From an uncultured delta proteobacterium (lineage in GTDB: Bacteria > Myxococcota_A > Polyangia > Polyangiales > Houyiibacteriaceae), in assembly GCA_963699755.1 (NCBI GenBank), contig CAVOVB010000002.1, positions 672,001-736,000 of the forward strand: a DNA stretch of 64,000 nucleotides, read 5' to 3'. The translations under genes and the position numbers were made by a program. This document shows positions 1 through 8,558 of this stretch, in pieces; position 1 is the first letter of the stretch; each line of letters begins with the position of its first letter. The notes beneath the pieces are model-generated. The model saw only the letters and a list, made by a program, of their open reading frames with translations. It did not search any database and was not told the origin of the DNA.

Positions 1-577
1 CTGGAAGTGATTCGTCCGAAAGGACCTCCACGAGCAGCGACTGCATCTGCGGCCAACTGTCTGGATCAAGCGTCATGACTCGCGCTCGCGCCTTGTCGGC
101 TTTGGGGAACTCTGGCGATCCGAGGCGGTCGTTGCAGAGCACGTGTACGCCACCGGCCAGGGTCTCGATCTCGACTTCTCGCGCGTCCCTCCGTGAATAC
201 GCAGCGCGTAGTTGCTCGCCGTCGCCGAAGATCAGATTGAACTCGTTGTAAGTCGCGGGGTCGACCCGCCGAAGGTGCCGCTCGATCCCGAGGAGCGACC
301 CCTGCGTCAGCGCGTCGATGACCAGGCCTCCCCGAGAGCGAAGAGAGTCGTCCCGCGTACCGAAGCTTCGCTGATTGGTGAGTCCGACGAAGAGCCCCGT
401 CGACGTGAGGCCGAACCAGGTTCCCCCTTCCCGCTCGTCGCGACCTCCCACGATGAGCGGCTCTGCACGCAAGACCCCTGGACCCGACGCCGGGCGGTCG
501 TAGAACTCATCTCGGTTCGACGCGATGATCGTCGAGCAGAAGTCGTCCATCTGGTGGCGAACGATGATCGTGCACAT
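1..577 (-). CDS. NRDE/TANGO2 family protein (3' end runs off the window)
   Basis: Not in the ORF track. Manual translation from ATG at 577 gives MCTIIVRHQMDDFCSTIIASNRDEFYDRPA...GGRDEREGGTWFG, with the MC start, NRDEF and GGTW motifs. Confidence 0.9.
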   Translation of the reverse strand, partial: MCTIIVRHQMDDFCSTIIASNRDEFYDRPASGPGVLRAEPLIVGGRDEREGGTWFGLTSTGLFVGLTNQRSFGTRDDSLRSRGGLVIDALTQGSLLGIERHLRRVDPATYNEFNLIFGDGEQLRAAYSRRDAREVEIETLAGGVHVLCNDRLGSPEFPKADKARARVMTLDPDSWPQMQSLLVEVLSDESLP

Positions 578-580
578 CGC

Positions 581-1435
581 TCAGCCCGTTCTCTTCGCGA
601 TCGCCAGGCGCTCCGCGAGGAAGCTTCGTGAAGGCTTCGCGACCGATCCAGTGAAATCCCCCCAGCCTCGCGCGTCTTCGTCGAAGGAGATCTCCCAATC
701 TGGCCCGATGGCATATGCCAACTCATGAGGCTCGAGGGTTCCCTTGAGTCGCTCGCCGGCGGCCGCGAAGACAGCAGGAATCACGACGCGACCCAACGAC
801 CCATACGGAAGCATACCCGGCACGCGATACGTCATCGCTAGCTGACTCCCTGCGGCTGCGAGCGCGGTTAGCTGCCCGAGCGTTTCGCGAATCGTGGTTT
901 GCGGGAGGTACATCGCGACGCCTTCCCAGATCCACGCACTTGGCCTGCCAGAGCGAAACCCCTCTCGTTTGAGTGCGTCGGAGAATTGCTCTTTCTCGAA
1001 ATCGACTGGCACGTAGCGAATCTCAGCGGGCGCGATCTTGTCCAACAGCCGCTTTCGCTTGTACTGCTGCGTTGCCGGGTGGTCCACCTCGAAGACGGTG
1101 ACGTCCTTCAGTGATTCGAGTCGCCAGGCGCGAGCGTCGAGCCCTGCACCGAGAATCACGAGCTGGTCGATGCCGGCCCGCAGGGCCGAAGCCAGATGGG
1201 CGTCGATCGCCTTGGTCCTCAGCACCACGTGATCGACGAGGCCGAATGTCGTCACGCGGACGGCATTTCGGTACAGAGCCGCTACGCCCCCTAAGCGGCG
1301 CGGGGCCGCCGCAAGTCCTGCGAGCAAAGGTGGCAAGAGCTCGACGGCGAGCGGATCGATCTCCTGCTCGTCGACACCTAGGGCGCGCACGAAAGAAACC
1401 AAGAGCGAAGTCCCACTCGGCAGGCCAGGTCGCAT
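581..1435 (-). CDS. Class I SAM-dependent methyltransferase (LCM/ML2640-like)
   Basis: Motifs LRTKAID, QLVILGAGLDARAWRL, VFEVDHPATQ, WIWEGVAMYL. Confidence 0.88.
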   Translation of the reverse strand: MRPGLPSGTSLLVSFVRALGVDEQEIDPLAVELLPPLLAGLAAAPRRLGGVAALYRNAVRVTTFGLVDHVVLRTKAIDAHLASALRAGIDQLVILGAGLDARAWRLESLKDVTVFEVDHPATQQYKRKRLLDKIAPAEIRYVPVDFEKEQFSDALKREGFRSGRPSAWIWEGVAMYLPQTTIRETLGQLTALAAAGSQLAMTYRVPGMLPYGSLGRVVIPAVFAAAGERLKGTLEPHELAYAIGPDWEISFDEDARGWGDFTGSVAKPSRSFLAERLAIAKRTG

Positions 1436-1438
1436 CGT

Positions 1439-2242
1439 TCAATCCCAGGCCGCAACGAGCGCGTTGCCGCTGCCCTCTGCGAGACCTCGAACACTCGTGG
1501 CATCGGCCGCAGTTCCGCGCTCTGTTTCCAAGCTGTGCTTCAACACGACCGAATCGATGCCGATCCGGCCAATCCGCTTCGTCCGAACCGCGACACGGTC
1601 GCCGGGCAAGACCGCACTTCGAAAGATCACCTGCTCGGCGATCGGCCGGAGCAGCACGGGGTCGAGGCCCTTGGCAAGCATCCGGCGGCTCGTCGCTTCG
1701 TCGCACCAATCGATATAGGCGGGATGATTCGCATGTGCGAGAGGGTCGGACCAAGTCTGCCACATCTCGAATCCGAACTCGTCTTCAGCACCTGGTAGCT
1801 CCTCGAACGATGGCATCGCGATCGACGGTTCGATGTCGGCTTCGGGGAATGCTGCCGCTGCTTCGAGCGAGCCCTGCCTTGGCTTGAGCGTTTCGAAATC
1901 CACGTGGACCCACTCCTGGGTCGCCGCCGCGATTGGCTGCCCGTCGCTTCGAACCCGCACCTCACGCGTGCAAAGCGTGCGTCGACGCAGTCGCGACACC
2001 CAGGTCTGCGTTTCGAGCATCCTGCCGTAAGCCGTTTCGGCCTGGTGCAGAAGCGTCATCTTGTAAACGATGAAAGCGACGTTCTCGATGCGAAACCGCG
2101 AAGGCGGCCAGCCAGCGCGGATCGAGGCCAAGGTCGCAACGTCCTGACACAATCGCCAGATGTCTCCCGCCCGCGCAGTCTCACGCGCCGTGAAAGCGTT
2201 GCGAGGCAAGGTCAGGGGGAATTCCCAAACCTGGTTGGTCAC
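1439..2242 (-). CDS. Double hot-dog acyl-ACP/acyl-CoA thioesterase
   Basis: DIWRLCQDVA in the first half and DPLAHANHPAYIDW in the second. Start moved to the in-frame GTG at 2242 because the longer ORF overlaps the upstream rhodanese. Confidence 0.75.
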   Translation of the reverse strand: MTNQVWEFPLTLPRNAFTARETARAGDIWRLCQDVATLASIRAGWPPSRFRIENVAFIVYKMTLLHQAETAYGRMLETQTWVSRLRRRTLCTREVRVRSDGQPIAAATQEWVHVDFETLKPRQGSLEAAAAFPEADIEPSIAMPSFEELPGAEDEFGFEMWQTWSDPLAHANHPAYIDWCDEATSRRMLAKGLDPVLLRPIAEQVIFRSAVLPGDRVAVRTKRIGRIGIDSVVLKHSLETERGTAADATSVRGLAEGSGNALVAAWD

Positions 2243-2285
2243 GGGCAGCAAATAGCATCTCCGCAGCGTTGTGCGACCGTTCAGC

Positions 2286-3119
2286 TTACGCAGGTGCGCG
2301 GGGACGATCTTGCCGACACCACTCGCTCCAGGACCCGAGGTAGAGCTTGGCACCGCCAAGGCCGCAGGCATCCATGGCCAAGAGGAGGTGACAAGCCGTG
2401 ACACCGGAACCGCAGTAGCAAACGACTCGCTCGGCGGGAGTGTCGCCGAGGATCTCGGTGTATCGTTTCGCGATGGTCGCCAATGACCGGAATCGCCCGC
2501 GGTCATCGAGCTGCGACTTCCAGTAAAGGTTGTGCGCCCCCGGGATGTGTCCCGCTAGAGGATCGAGCGGCTCCGTGATACCCGCATAGCGCTCGGGCGC
2601 CCGTGCATCGATCAGACGCCAAGTGGGATCGAGACGAATGCGCTCCACGAAGCTCGCGTCGACCGTCGGCCAGCGGTCGAGCGCGCTCGGATAAGGGCCG
2701 ACCGAGTCGCTGATCCTGGCCCCCGTTTCGACGGGAGCGCCCGCCGCGCGCAGGGCTTGCCAACCACCGTCGACCACTGCAAGCGATCGATGACCAATCT
2801 CGCGGAGCATCCACCAGGCGCGGGCCGCCGCCATCCCTCCACCCGCATCGTCGTAGATCACGACCTTGCGTCTGGGCGTCACCCCCCAAGCGCCGAGGCG
2901 TTCGCGCCAGTGCTGCAAAGAAGGCAGGGGGTGCCGCCCGCCGTTTCTTGGGTCCCCGAGGTTCGAGAGATCGGAGTCGACGTCGACCCGCACCGCGTGC
3001 TGCAGATGTGCTGTCTCGTAGGCCTGGGCTGCGCCGGGACCGACCCGGACGTCAAGAAAAACACTCTGGTCGAGATCGGAAAGCGCCACTTCGGCTTGGA
3101 CGACGGGGTTCGAGGTCAT
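2286..3119 (-). CDS. Tandem-domain rhodanese/3-mercaptopyruvate sulfurtransferase (SseA-like)
   Basis: GRHPLP, AARAWW, IDARAPERY, GHIPGA, active-site CGSGVTAC, LYLGSWSEW. Confidence 0.93.
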   Translation of the reverse strand: MTSNPVVQAEVALSDLDQSVFLDVRVGPGAAQAYETAHLQHAVRVDVDSDLSNLGDPRNGGRHPLPSLQHWRERLGAWGVTPRRKVVIYDDAGGGMAAARAWWMLREIGHRSLAVVDGGWQALRAAGAPVETGARISDSVGPYPSALDRWPTVDASFVERIRLDPTWRLIDARAPERYAGITEPLDPLAGHIPGAHNLYWKSQLDDRGRFRSLATIAKRYTEILGDTPAERVVCYCGSGVTACHLLLAMDACGLGGAKLYLGSWSEWCRQDRPRAPA

Positions 3120-3130
3120 TGGGGTCTCTC

Positions 3131-3178
3131 ACTCTAACCCACAGTGTGAGTAAAGTGTCTAGTCACACTTGACACTGT
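3131..3178. promoter_or_regulatory. Divergent promoter/operator with nested palindromes
   Basis: AGTGTCTAG-N5-CTTGACACT (3154-3176), AAGTGT-N6-ACACTT (3153-3170), ACAGTGT...ACACTGT (3141-3178). TTGACA at 3169-3174. Confidence 0.6.
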
Positions 3179-3203
3179 TGCAAGACTTGGGCACTCTCGG
3201 TGA

Positions 3204-4619
3204 ATGGAGGAGAGAAACCGCCGCCGGCACTCCGGGCGATTCGAGGCAGCCGCATCGCTCGCCGCACGGGTCTTGCCCAGGCCGCTCAAGCCTTGGGCCG
3301 AGCAGGCGCGGCTGGACGCGCAGATGATCATCGACCGAGCGAGTGGGAGAACCGCGGCGCCGCTGATCGCTCAGCAGGATGCGCCCGTTCCGCTCAGCGA
3401 GGTCGATCCCCTGAACCTGCTTCCTCGCCGCCTCGCGGACCGCGTTCGCACCGCGCAGCGAGACGTGCGGATGCTTCGCGACCGACTAATTCTAGGAAAG
3501 ACCCCATCTCCCTTGATAGAGCGGCCGCGACCGGCGGTTGGCTCTGTGGTGTCGCTACCCCGCAAGACACCGAACATGGCAAGGCAGGTCAAGGTCGTGA
3601 GAGTCGTTCGCGAAACCAACGACGCCGTGTCGATCTATCTCGCCGAGGCGGACGGTTCGGCCCTGGCGTTCAAGCCAGGCCAGTTCCTCAGTGTGGACGT
3701 CGAGGTCGATGGAGAGCGCCTACGACGCGCCTACTCATTGGCCAGCGCATGTCTCCCAGACGTACCAGTCCACATCACCGTGAAGCGAATCGAAAACGGT
3801 CGCGTCAGCAACCAACTCAATGATACGATCCGCGAGGGCGACGAGCTCGCCGTGCTCGGTCCTTCGGGCAACTTCACCGTCGAGCCGCGTCCGCTCAACC
3901 AACGGCGCTTGGTCATGGTGGCCGGTGGGAGCGGGATCACGCCCATCATGAGCATTTTGGAAACCGTCCTGCGCGTCGAGAACGGCAGCCGTGTAACGCT
4001 GATCTACGGCAATCGAGGCTGGGATGATGTGATCTTTCGGGACCGTCTGGAGGCGCTTCGCCAGGAATTTCGCGAGCGATTGGTCGTCGATCACGTCCTC
4101 GAGAAGCCACCGCAGTGGTGGACCGGAGAACGCGGTCTGCTCGACGCAGAGATCCTCGAATCGCGTTTGCAGGCCCTAGGCGTGCAAGATGACGGCCTAG
4201 TCCGATACTTCCTCTGTGGACCGACGCCCATGATGGAAGCTGCACACGCTGTGCTCGAGCGGCGAGGAGTCGAAGGGACTCGCGTCGCCGAAGAGCGCTT
4301 CACGAGCCCCGAGGCTCGCTCCGGCAAGGCAGGGAGCCACAAGACTGAGCTCGTCGTCGTCTCCAGGGCCGGTCACGATCACGGCATCCAAGTCGAGCCC
4401 GGCCAAACCATTCTCGAGGCTGCGCTCGCTGCCGGGATCGGCATGCCATTCTCCTGCGCCATGGGTGGCTGCGGCGCTTGCCGCGTCCGCCGTGCCGAAG
4501 GCGAAGTCGAGATGGAAGAGCCGAACTGCCTCAGTCAGGCGGAACGAGAGCAAGGCTATGTGCTGACCTGCGTCGGCCGTCCGCTCACTCAGAGCAGGAT
4601 CGAAGTGGAGGAACTGTGA
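3204..4619 (+). CDS. FNR-type FAD/NAD(P)H reductase with C-terminal [2Fe-2S] domain (PaaE/KshB-like) and an N-terminal extension
   Basis: FKPGQF, RRAYSL, AGGSGITP, FLCGP, FSCAMGGCGAC...LTC. Confidence 0.92.
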   Translation: MEERNRRRHSGRFEAAASLAARVLPRPLKPWAEQARLDAQMIIDRASGRTAAPLIAQQDAPVPLSEVDPLNLLPRRLADRVRTAQRDVRMLRDRLILGKTPSPLIERPRPAVGSVVSLPRKTPNMARQVKVVRVVRETNDAVSIYLAEADGSALAFKPGQFLSVDVEVDGERLRRAYSLASACLPDVPVHITVKRIENGRVSNQLNDTIREGDELAVLGPSGNFTVEPRPLNQRRLVMVAGGSGITPIMSILETVLRVENGSRVTLIYGNRGWDDVIFRDRLEALRQEFRERLVVDHVLEKPPQWWTGERGLLDAEILESRLQALGVQDDGLVRYFLCGPTPMMEAAHAVLERRGVEGTRVAEERFTSPEARSGKAGSHKTELVVVSRAGHDHGIQVEPGQTILEAALAAGIGMPFSCAMGGCGACRVRRAEGEVEMEEPNCLSQAEREQGYVLTCVGRPLTQSRIEVEEL

Positions 4620-5359
4620 GCTCTACCTCCGAAGCGTTCGACCTCGACGAAGCTCGCTGGTACCTTCGCATGAAGGATCTCTGCGAGGATACGGGCCTGC
4701 CGCGCCAAGCAATCCACTTTTACATCCAACAGGGGCTGCTGCCGCCCGGCCGAAAGACCGGGCGCAACATGGCCTGGTATACCGACGAGCACCTGGAGCG
4801 TCTTCACCTGATCAAGAAGCTCCAGCACGAGCGCTTCCTTCCCTTGAAGGCGATCAAAGCGCTGTTTGATGGCGAAGACGGGGTGTTCTCGCCGCGCCAG
4901 CACGCGTTTCTCGCCGGTGTCAAAGAACGCCTCGCCGAGTCGCTCAAGACCAGCGAGGACAGGAGCCCCACCCTCACGCCCCGAGAGATCGAGCGAGAAA
5001 CCGGCGTCGAAGCGGAGGATGTCGAGCGAGCCTTCGAGCTCGGCCTGGTGGGTGGTGCTCGTTCGAACGGCTCGCTTCGAATCGCCGCCGCAGACGTCTG
5101 GGTGTTCGAAGTGTTCGGGAAGATCCGCGCGATGGGCTTCACGCCAGATCTCGGCTTTCGAGTCGAGGATATAGCCCTCTACCAGGATGCCATCACCAAC
5201 CTTCTCAACGAGGAGGTCCGTTTGATTGCTTCGCGGCTTTCGGAGCTCCCTCCTGAGAAGGTCGCCCTGATGATTGAAGAGGTCGTCCCCATCCTCGATC
5301 GCTACATCATGCGCCTACATTCAACCAAGATTCGGGAATTTTTCGCCAACGTGCTCTAA
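4616..5359 (+). CDS. MerR-family transcriptional regulator
   Basis: LRMKDLCEDTGLPRQAIHFYIQQGLLPP...Y...HLERLHLIKKLQ...LPLKAIK. The GTG start overlaps the upstream TGA. Confidence 0.88.
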   Translation: MSSTSEAFDLDEARWYLRMKDLCEDTGLPRQAIHFYIQQGLLPPGRKTGRNMAWYTDEHLERLHLIKKLQHERFLPLKAIKALFDGEDGVFSPRQHAFLAGVKERLAESLKTSEDRSPTLTPREIERETGVEAEDVERAFELGLVGGARSNGSLRIAAADVWVFEVFGKIRAMGFTPDLGFRVEDIALYQDAITNLLNEEVRLIASRLSELPPEKVALMIEEVVPILDRYIMRLHSTKIREFFANVL

Positions 5360-5373
5360 GGAAGGAACTGACC

Positions 5374-6555
5374 ATGCTCAGTGACAAAGTCCTCGAAAAC
5401 CTGCCCCAGGAGATCCGCCGCCGCCTCGAGCCTTACGTCGAAGCGGTTCAACTCATGACGGCCACAAACAATGCCAAGGTGTTGAAATCGATGGCGCCGT
5501 CCGGCTTGCGCGGTTTGATCCTCCAACGTGGCAAACAGGGCGTGCCGACGAAGATGCCTTCCCACCACGAGGTCTACTTCGACTGGACGTATCCAAACGA
5601 CCAACCGGAGATGCGCGAGCTCTACACCAGAGCCAAAGAGCAGCAGTGGAACGGCGAAGACCTTCCCTGGCACATCGACGTCGACCCGGAGAACCCCGAG
5701 AAGCCGATCATTCCGCGCCAGTTCATGGACTTCGAAGCCCTGCGCAGCAGCGGTATCCGGCTCACCGACTTGGAAGAGCGACGCCTGAATTCGAGCGTCG
5801 CCTCCTGGATGCTCAGTCAATTCTTGCACGGTGAGCAGGGTGCGCTCTTCGCGGCCGCCCAGGTGACCGAAGCGGTGCAGTTCTTCGACGGAAAGCTCTA
5901 CGGCGCTACGCAGGTCGTCGATGAGGGCCGCCACGTCGAGGTGTTCCATCGCTACCTCGACACCAAGATGAACAAGCTCTACCAGATCAACGACAACCTC
6001 TTCGTCATCATCGACGCCCTCATTCAGGACTCGCGCTGGGACGTGAAGTTCTTGGGTATGCAGATCATGGTCGAGGGCCTGGCGCTCGGTGCCTTTGGCA
6101 CGATGTACCAAATGACCAACGAGCCGATGCTCAAACAGCTTCTGAAGATGGTCATTCAGGACGAGGCCCGGCACGTTCACTACGGCGTGCTCGCCCTTCG
6201 CGACCATTTCCGACAAGAGCTCAGCGACAGCGAGCGCCGTGAGCGCGAGGACTGGGCCTTCGAAGTCGCGATTCTGATGCGCAACCGCTTCCTCTCGTTC
6301 GAAGTCTACGAGGAGTGGTTCGAGCACAAGCTGACGCGCAAGGAGTGGGCCCGGTTCGTGACCGATTCGCCCGGCTTCTCGATTTTCCGCCAGGTCATGT
6401 TCAAGCGTCTGGTCCCCAACCTTCGAGAGATCGGACTTCTAAGCGAGCGGATCAAGCCGCACTACGAGCGCGCCGGGCTGATGAAGTACGCAGACGGCGC
6501 TTCTGCAACCCAGTTGAGCGGCGACCAGATGATCGCCGAGCTCGACGCTGCCTGA
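5374..6555 (+). CDS. Ferritin-like diiron oxygenase (AurF-like)
   Basis: Diiron ligand pattern HGEQGAL / DEGRH / MVEGLA / DEARH, with an AAGGAAGGA RBS. Confidence 0.85.
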   Translation: MLSDKVLENLPQEIRRRLEPYVEAVQLMTATNNAKVLKSMAPSGLRGLILQRGKQGVPTKMPSHHEVYFDWTYPNDQPEMRELYTRAKEQQWNGEDLPWHIDVDPENPEKPIIPRQFMDFEALRSSGIRLTDLEERRLNSSVASWMLSQFLHGEQGALFAAAQVTEAVQFFDGKLYGATQVVDEGRHVEVFHRYLDTKMNKLYQINDNLFVIIDALIQDSRWDVKFLGMQIMVEGLALGAFGTMYQMTNEPMLKQLLKMVIQDEARHVHYGVLALRDHFRQELSDSERREREDWAFEVAILMRNRFLSFEVYEEWFEHKLTRKEWARFVTDSPGFSIFRQVMFKRLVPNLREIGLLSERIKPHYERAGLMKYADGASATQLSGDQMIAELDAA

Positions 6556-6564
6556 GCCCCGCAT

Positions 6565-8544
6565 TCAGCTTTCGGAGACGAGGACCAGCAGCGCGTCAGC
6601 ATCCACTTGGTCGCCGGCGGTCACAGTGACCCGAGCGACGGTGCCGTCCTGTGGCGCGGTGACGGTGTGCTCCATCTTCATGGCTTCCATGATCAGGAGC
6701 ACCTGGCCTGCCCGCACCGTGTCGCCTTCCGCGACACGGAGCTCGATGACCTTGCCCGGCATGGGTGCGATGCATCCGCCCGCGGGAACCTCGAGCGACT
6801 TGTCGGGGAAACGCGGCTTGCGCCGAAGGCCGATGCTGAACTGGTCGGTGTGAACATAGGTCCTGTCGCCATCGAAGCGGATGCGAGCGCGCCAGCGGTG
6901 CGACCTCTCTTCCAGCGTCAGCTCTGGAGGCTCCCAGGAAACCACGCGAACGTCCCGCTCTTCTTCGCCGGTCCAGACCGTGAAGCGTTCCGCCCCCAGG
7001 TGCCGATACTCGACGCGCAGGTCTCGGTCTCCCCGGGCATATTCGACCCATTGCGGCGTGTGGTAGTTGTTCCGCCACCCTGACGGAACGTCGGGCACGA
7101 GAACCCGCTCGCCTTCGCGCTGCTGGTGCTCGGCAAGCGCTGCGGCCATCGCCGCCCGCTGCTCGCTGATCTCGGAGGCTTCCTCGCCGAGCTCGTCCCG
7201 GAGATGCCGGTCGATGAAGTGCGTGTCGATCTCGCCAGCAATGAAGGCGGGGTGATCGAGGACGCGGAGCAGGAACTCCCTGTTCGTGGTGACTCCTTGC
7301 ACGCTCAGGGAACGCAGCGCCCTGCGCATCCTTTGAATGGCAAGCTGCCGGCTCTCCCCGGACGTGATGATCTTCGCGAGCATGGGGTCGTAGTGGATAC
7401 CGACCACGCTGCCGGTTTCGATGCCGCTATCAACGCGCAAGCCATCGGCGGCTGGCAAATGCCAGTCGACCACACGTCCGCTTTGAGGAAGGAAGCCCGC
7501 CGCCGGGTCTTCGGCGTAGACGCGAACCTCGAGGGCAGCCCCTTCGAAGCGGACCGCCTCCTGCTCGATGCGAAGCACCTCGCCTTGCGCGACCAGGATT
7601 TGCTCTTCGACCAGGTCGAGACCGGTCACGGACTCGGTCACCGGGTGCTCGACTTGGAGTCGCGTGTTGACCTCGAGGAAATAGAAGCTCCCGTCGGGTG
7701 CGAGGATGAACTCGACCGTACCCGCGTTTTGGTAGCCGATCGCCTTGCCACAGAGGACCGCTGCTTCGCCCATCTGCCTGCGGAGCTTCGAATCGAGGGC
7801 CGGGGACGGCGATTCCTCGATGATCTTCTGATGCCGTCGTTGGATCGAACACTCTCGCTCGTTGAGGTGAATCAAGTTGCCATGACTGTCGCCGAGAATC
7901 TGAATCTCGACGTGACGCGGATCCTCGATGTACTTCTCGACTAACAAGGTACCGTCCCCAAAAGCGCTTCGTCCCTCACGCGCCGCCGAAGCGATCGCGT
8001 CTGGGAGCTCGCTCTTTTTGCGAACGAGCTTCATCCCCTTTCCACCACCGCCTGCGCTCGCCTTGAGCAAGACGGGGAATCCGATCTTAATCGCTTCCTG
8101 GGCTAGAACCTCTGGATCCTGGTTCGAGCCGTCGTAGCCAGGAATCACCGGAACGCCGGCCTCATCGACCAGTGCCTTGGCCTCGCGCTTGGAGCCCATC
8201 GATCGGATCGCGTCGGGAGTGGGCCCGATGAAGATCACGCCGGCCTCGCCGCAGGCCTCGGCGAAGTCTGCGTTCTCGGCGAGGAAACCATAGCCGGGAT
8301 GAATCGCGTCGGCCTTGGTCACAGCCGCCGCTTCGAGCATCTTGTCGATCCGCAAGTAGCTTTCCGCGCTCGGAGCAGGCCCCAACCGAATCGCCTCGTC
8401 GGCCTCCGCAACGAATGGCATCGCCGCATCGGCATCGGAGAAAACCGCTACGGTCGCAATGCCCATCTTCCGACAGGTCCGCATGATCCGGCGCGCGATT
8501 TCGCCACGGTTGGCGACGAGGATCTTCTGAATGCTCTTGATCAA
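6565..8544 (-). CDS. Biotin-dependent acyl-CoA carboxylase alpha subunit (biotin carboxylase + BCCP; AtuF/LiuD-like)
   Basis: KILVANRGEIA, HPGYGFLAEN, GGGGKGM, ERECSIQRRHQK, EVNTRLQVEH, EAMKM. TTG start at 8544 follows AGGGAGG. Confidence 0.95.
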   Translation of the reverse strand: MIKSIQKILVANRGEIARRIMRTCRKMGIATVAVFSDADAAMPFVAEADEAIRLGPAPSAESYLRIDKMLEAAAVTKADAIHPGYGFLAENADFAEACGEAGVIFIGPTPDAIRSMGSKREAKALVDEAGVPVIPGYDGSNQDPEVLAQEAIKIGFPVLLKASAGGGGKGMKLVRKKSELPDAIASAAREGRSAFGDGTLLVEKYIEDPRHVEIQILGDSHGNLIHLNERECSIQRRHQKIIEESPSPALDSKLRRQMGEAAVLCGKAIGYQNAGTVEFILAPDGSFYFLEVNTRLQVEHPVTESVTGLDLVEEQILVAQGEVLRIEQEAVRFEGAALEVRVYAEDPAAGFLPQSGRVVDWHLPAADGLRVDSGIETGSVVGIHYDPMLAKIITSGESRQLAIQRMRRALRSLSVQGVTTNREFLLRVLDHPAFIAGEIDTHFIDRHLRDELGEEASEISEQRAAMAAALAEHQQREGERVLVPDVPSGWRNNYHTPQWVEYARGDRDLRVEYRHLGAERFTVWTGEEERDVRVVSWEPPELTLEERSHRWRARIRFDGDRTYVHTDQFSIGLRRKPRFPDKSLEVPAGGCIAPMPGKVIELRVAEGDTVRAGQVLLIMEAMKMEHTVTAPQDGTVARVTVTAGDQVDADALLVLVSES

Positions 8545-8558
8545 CGCCCGATCCCTCC

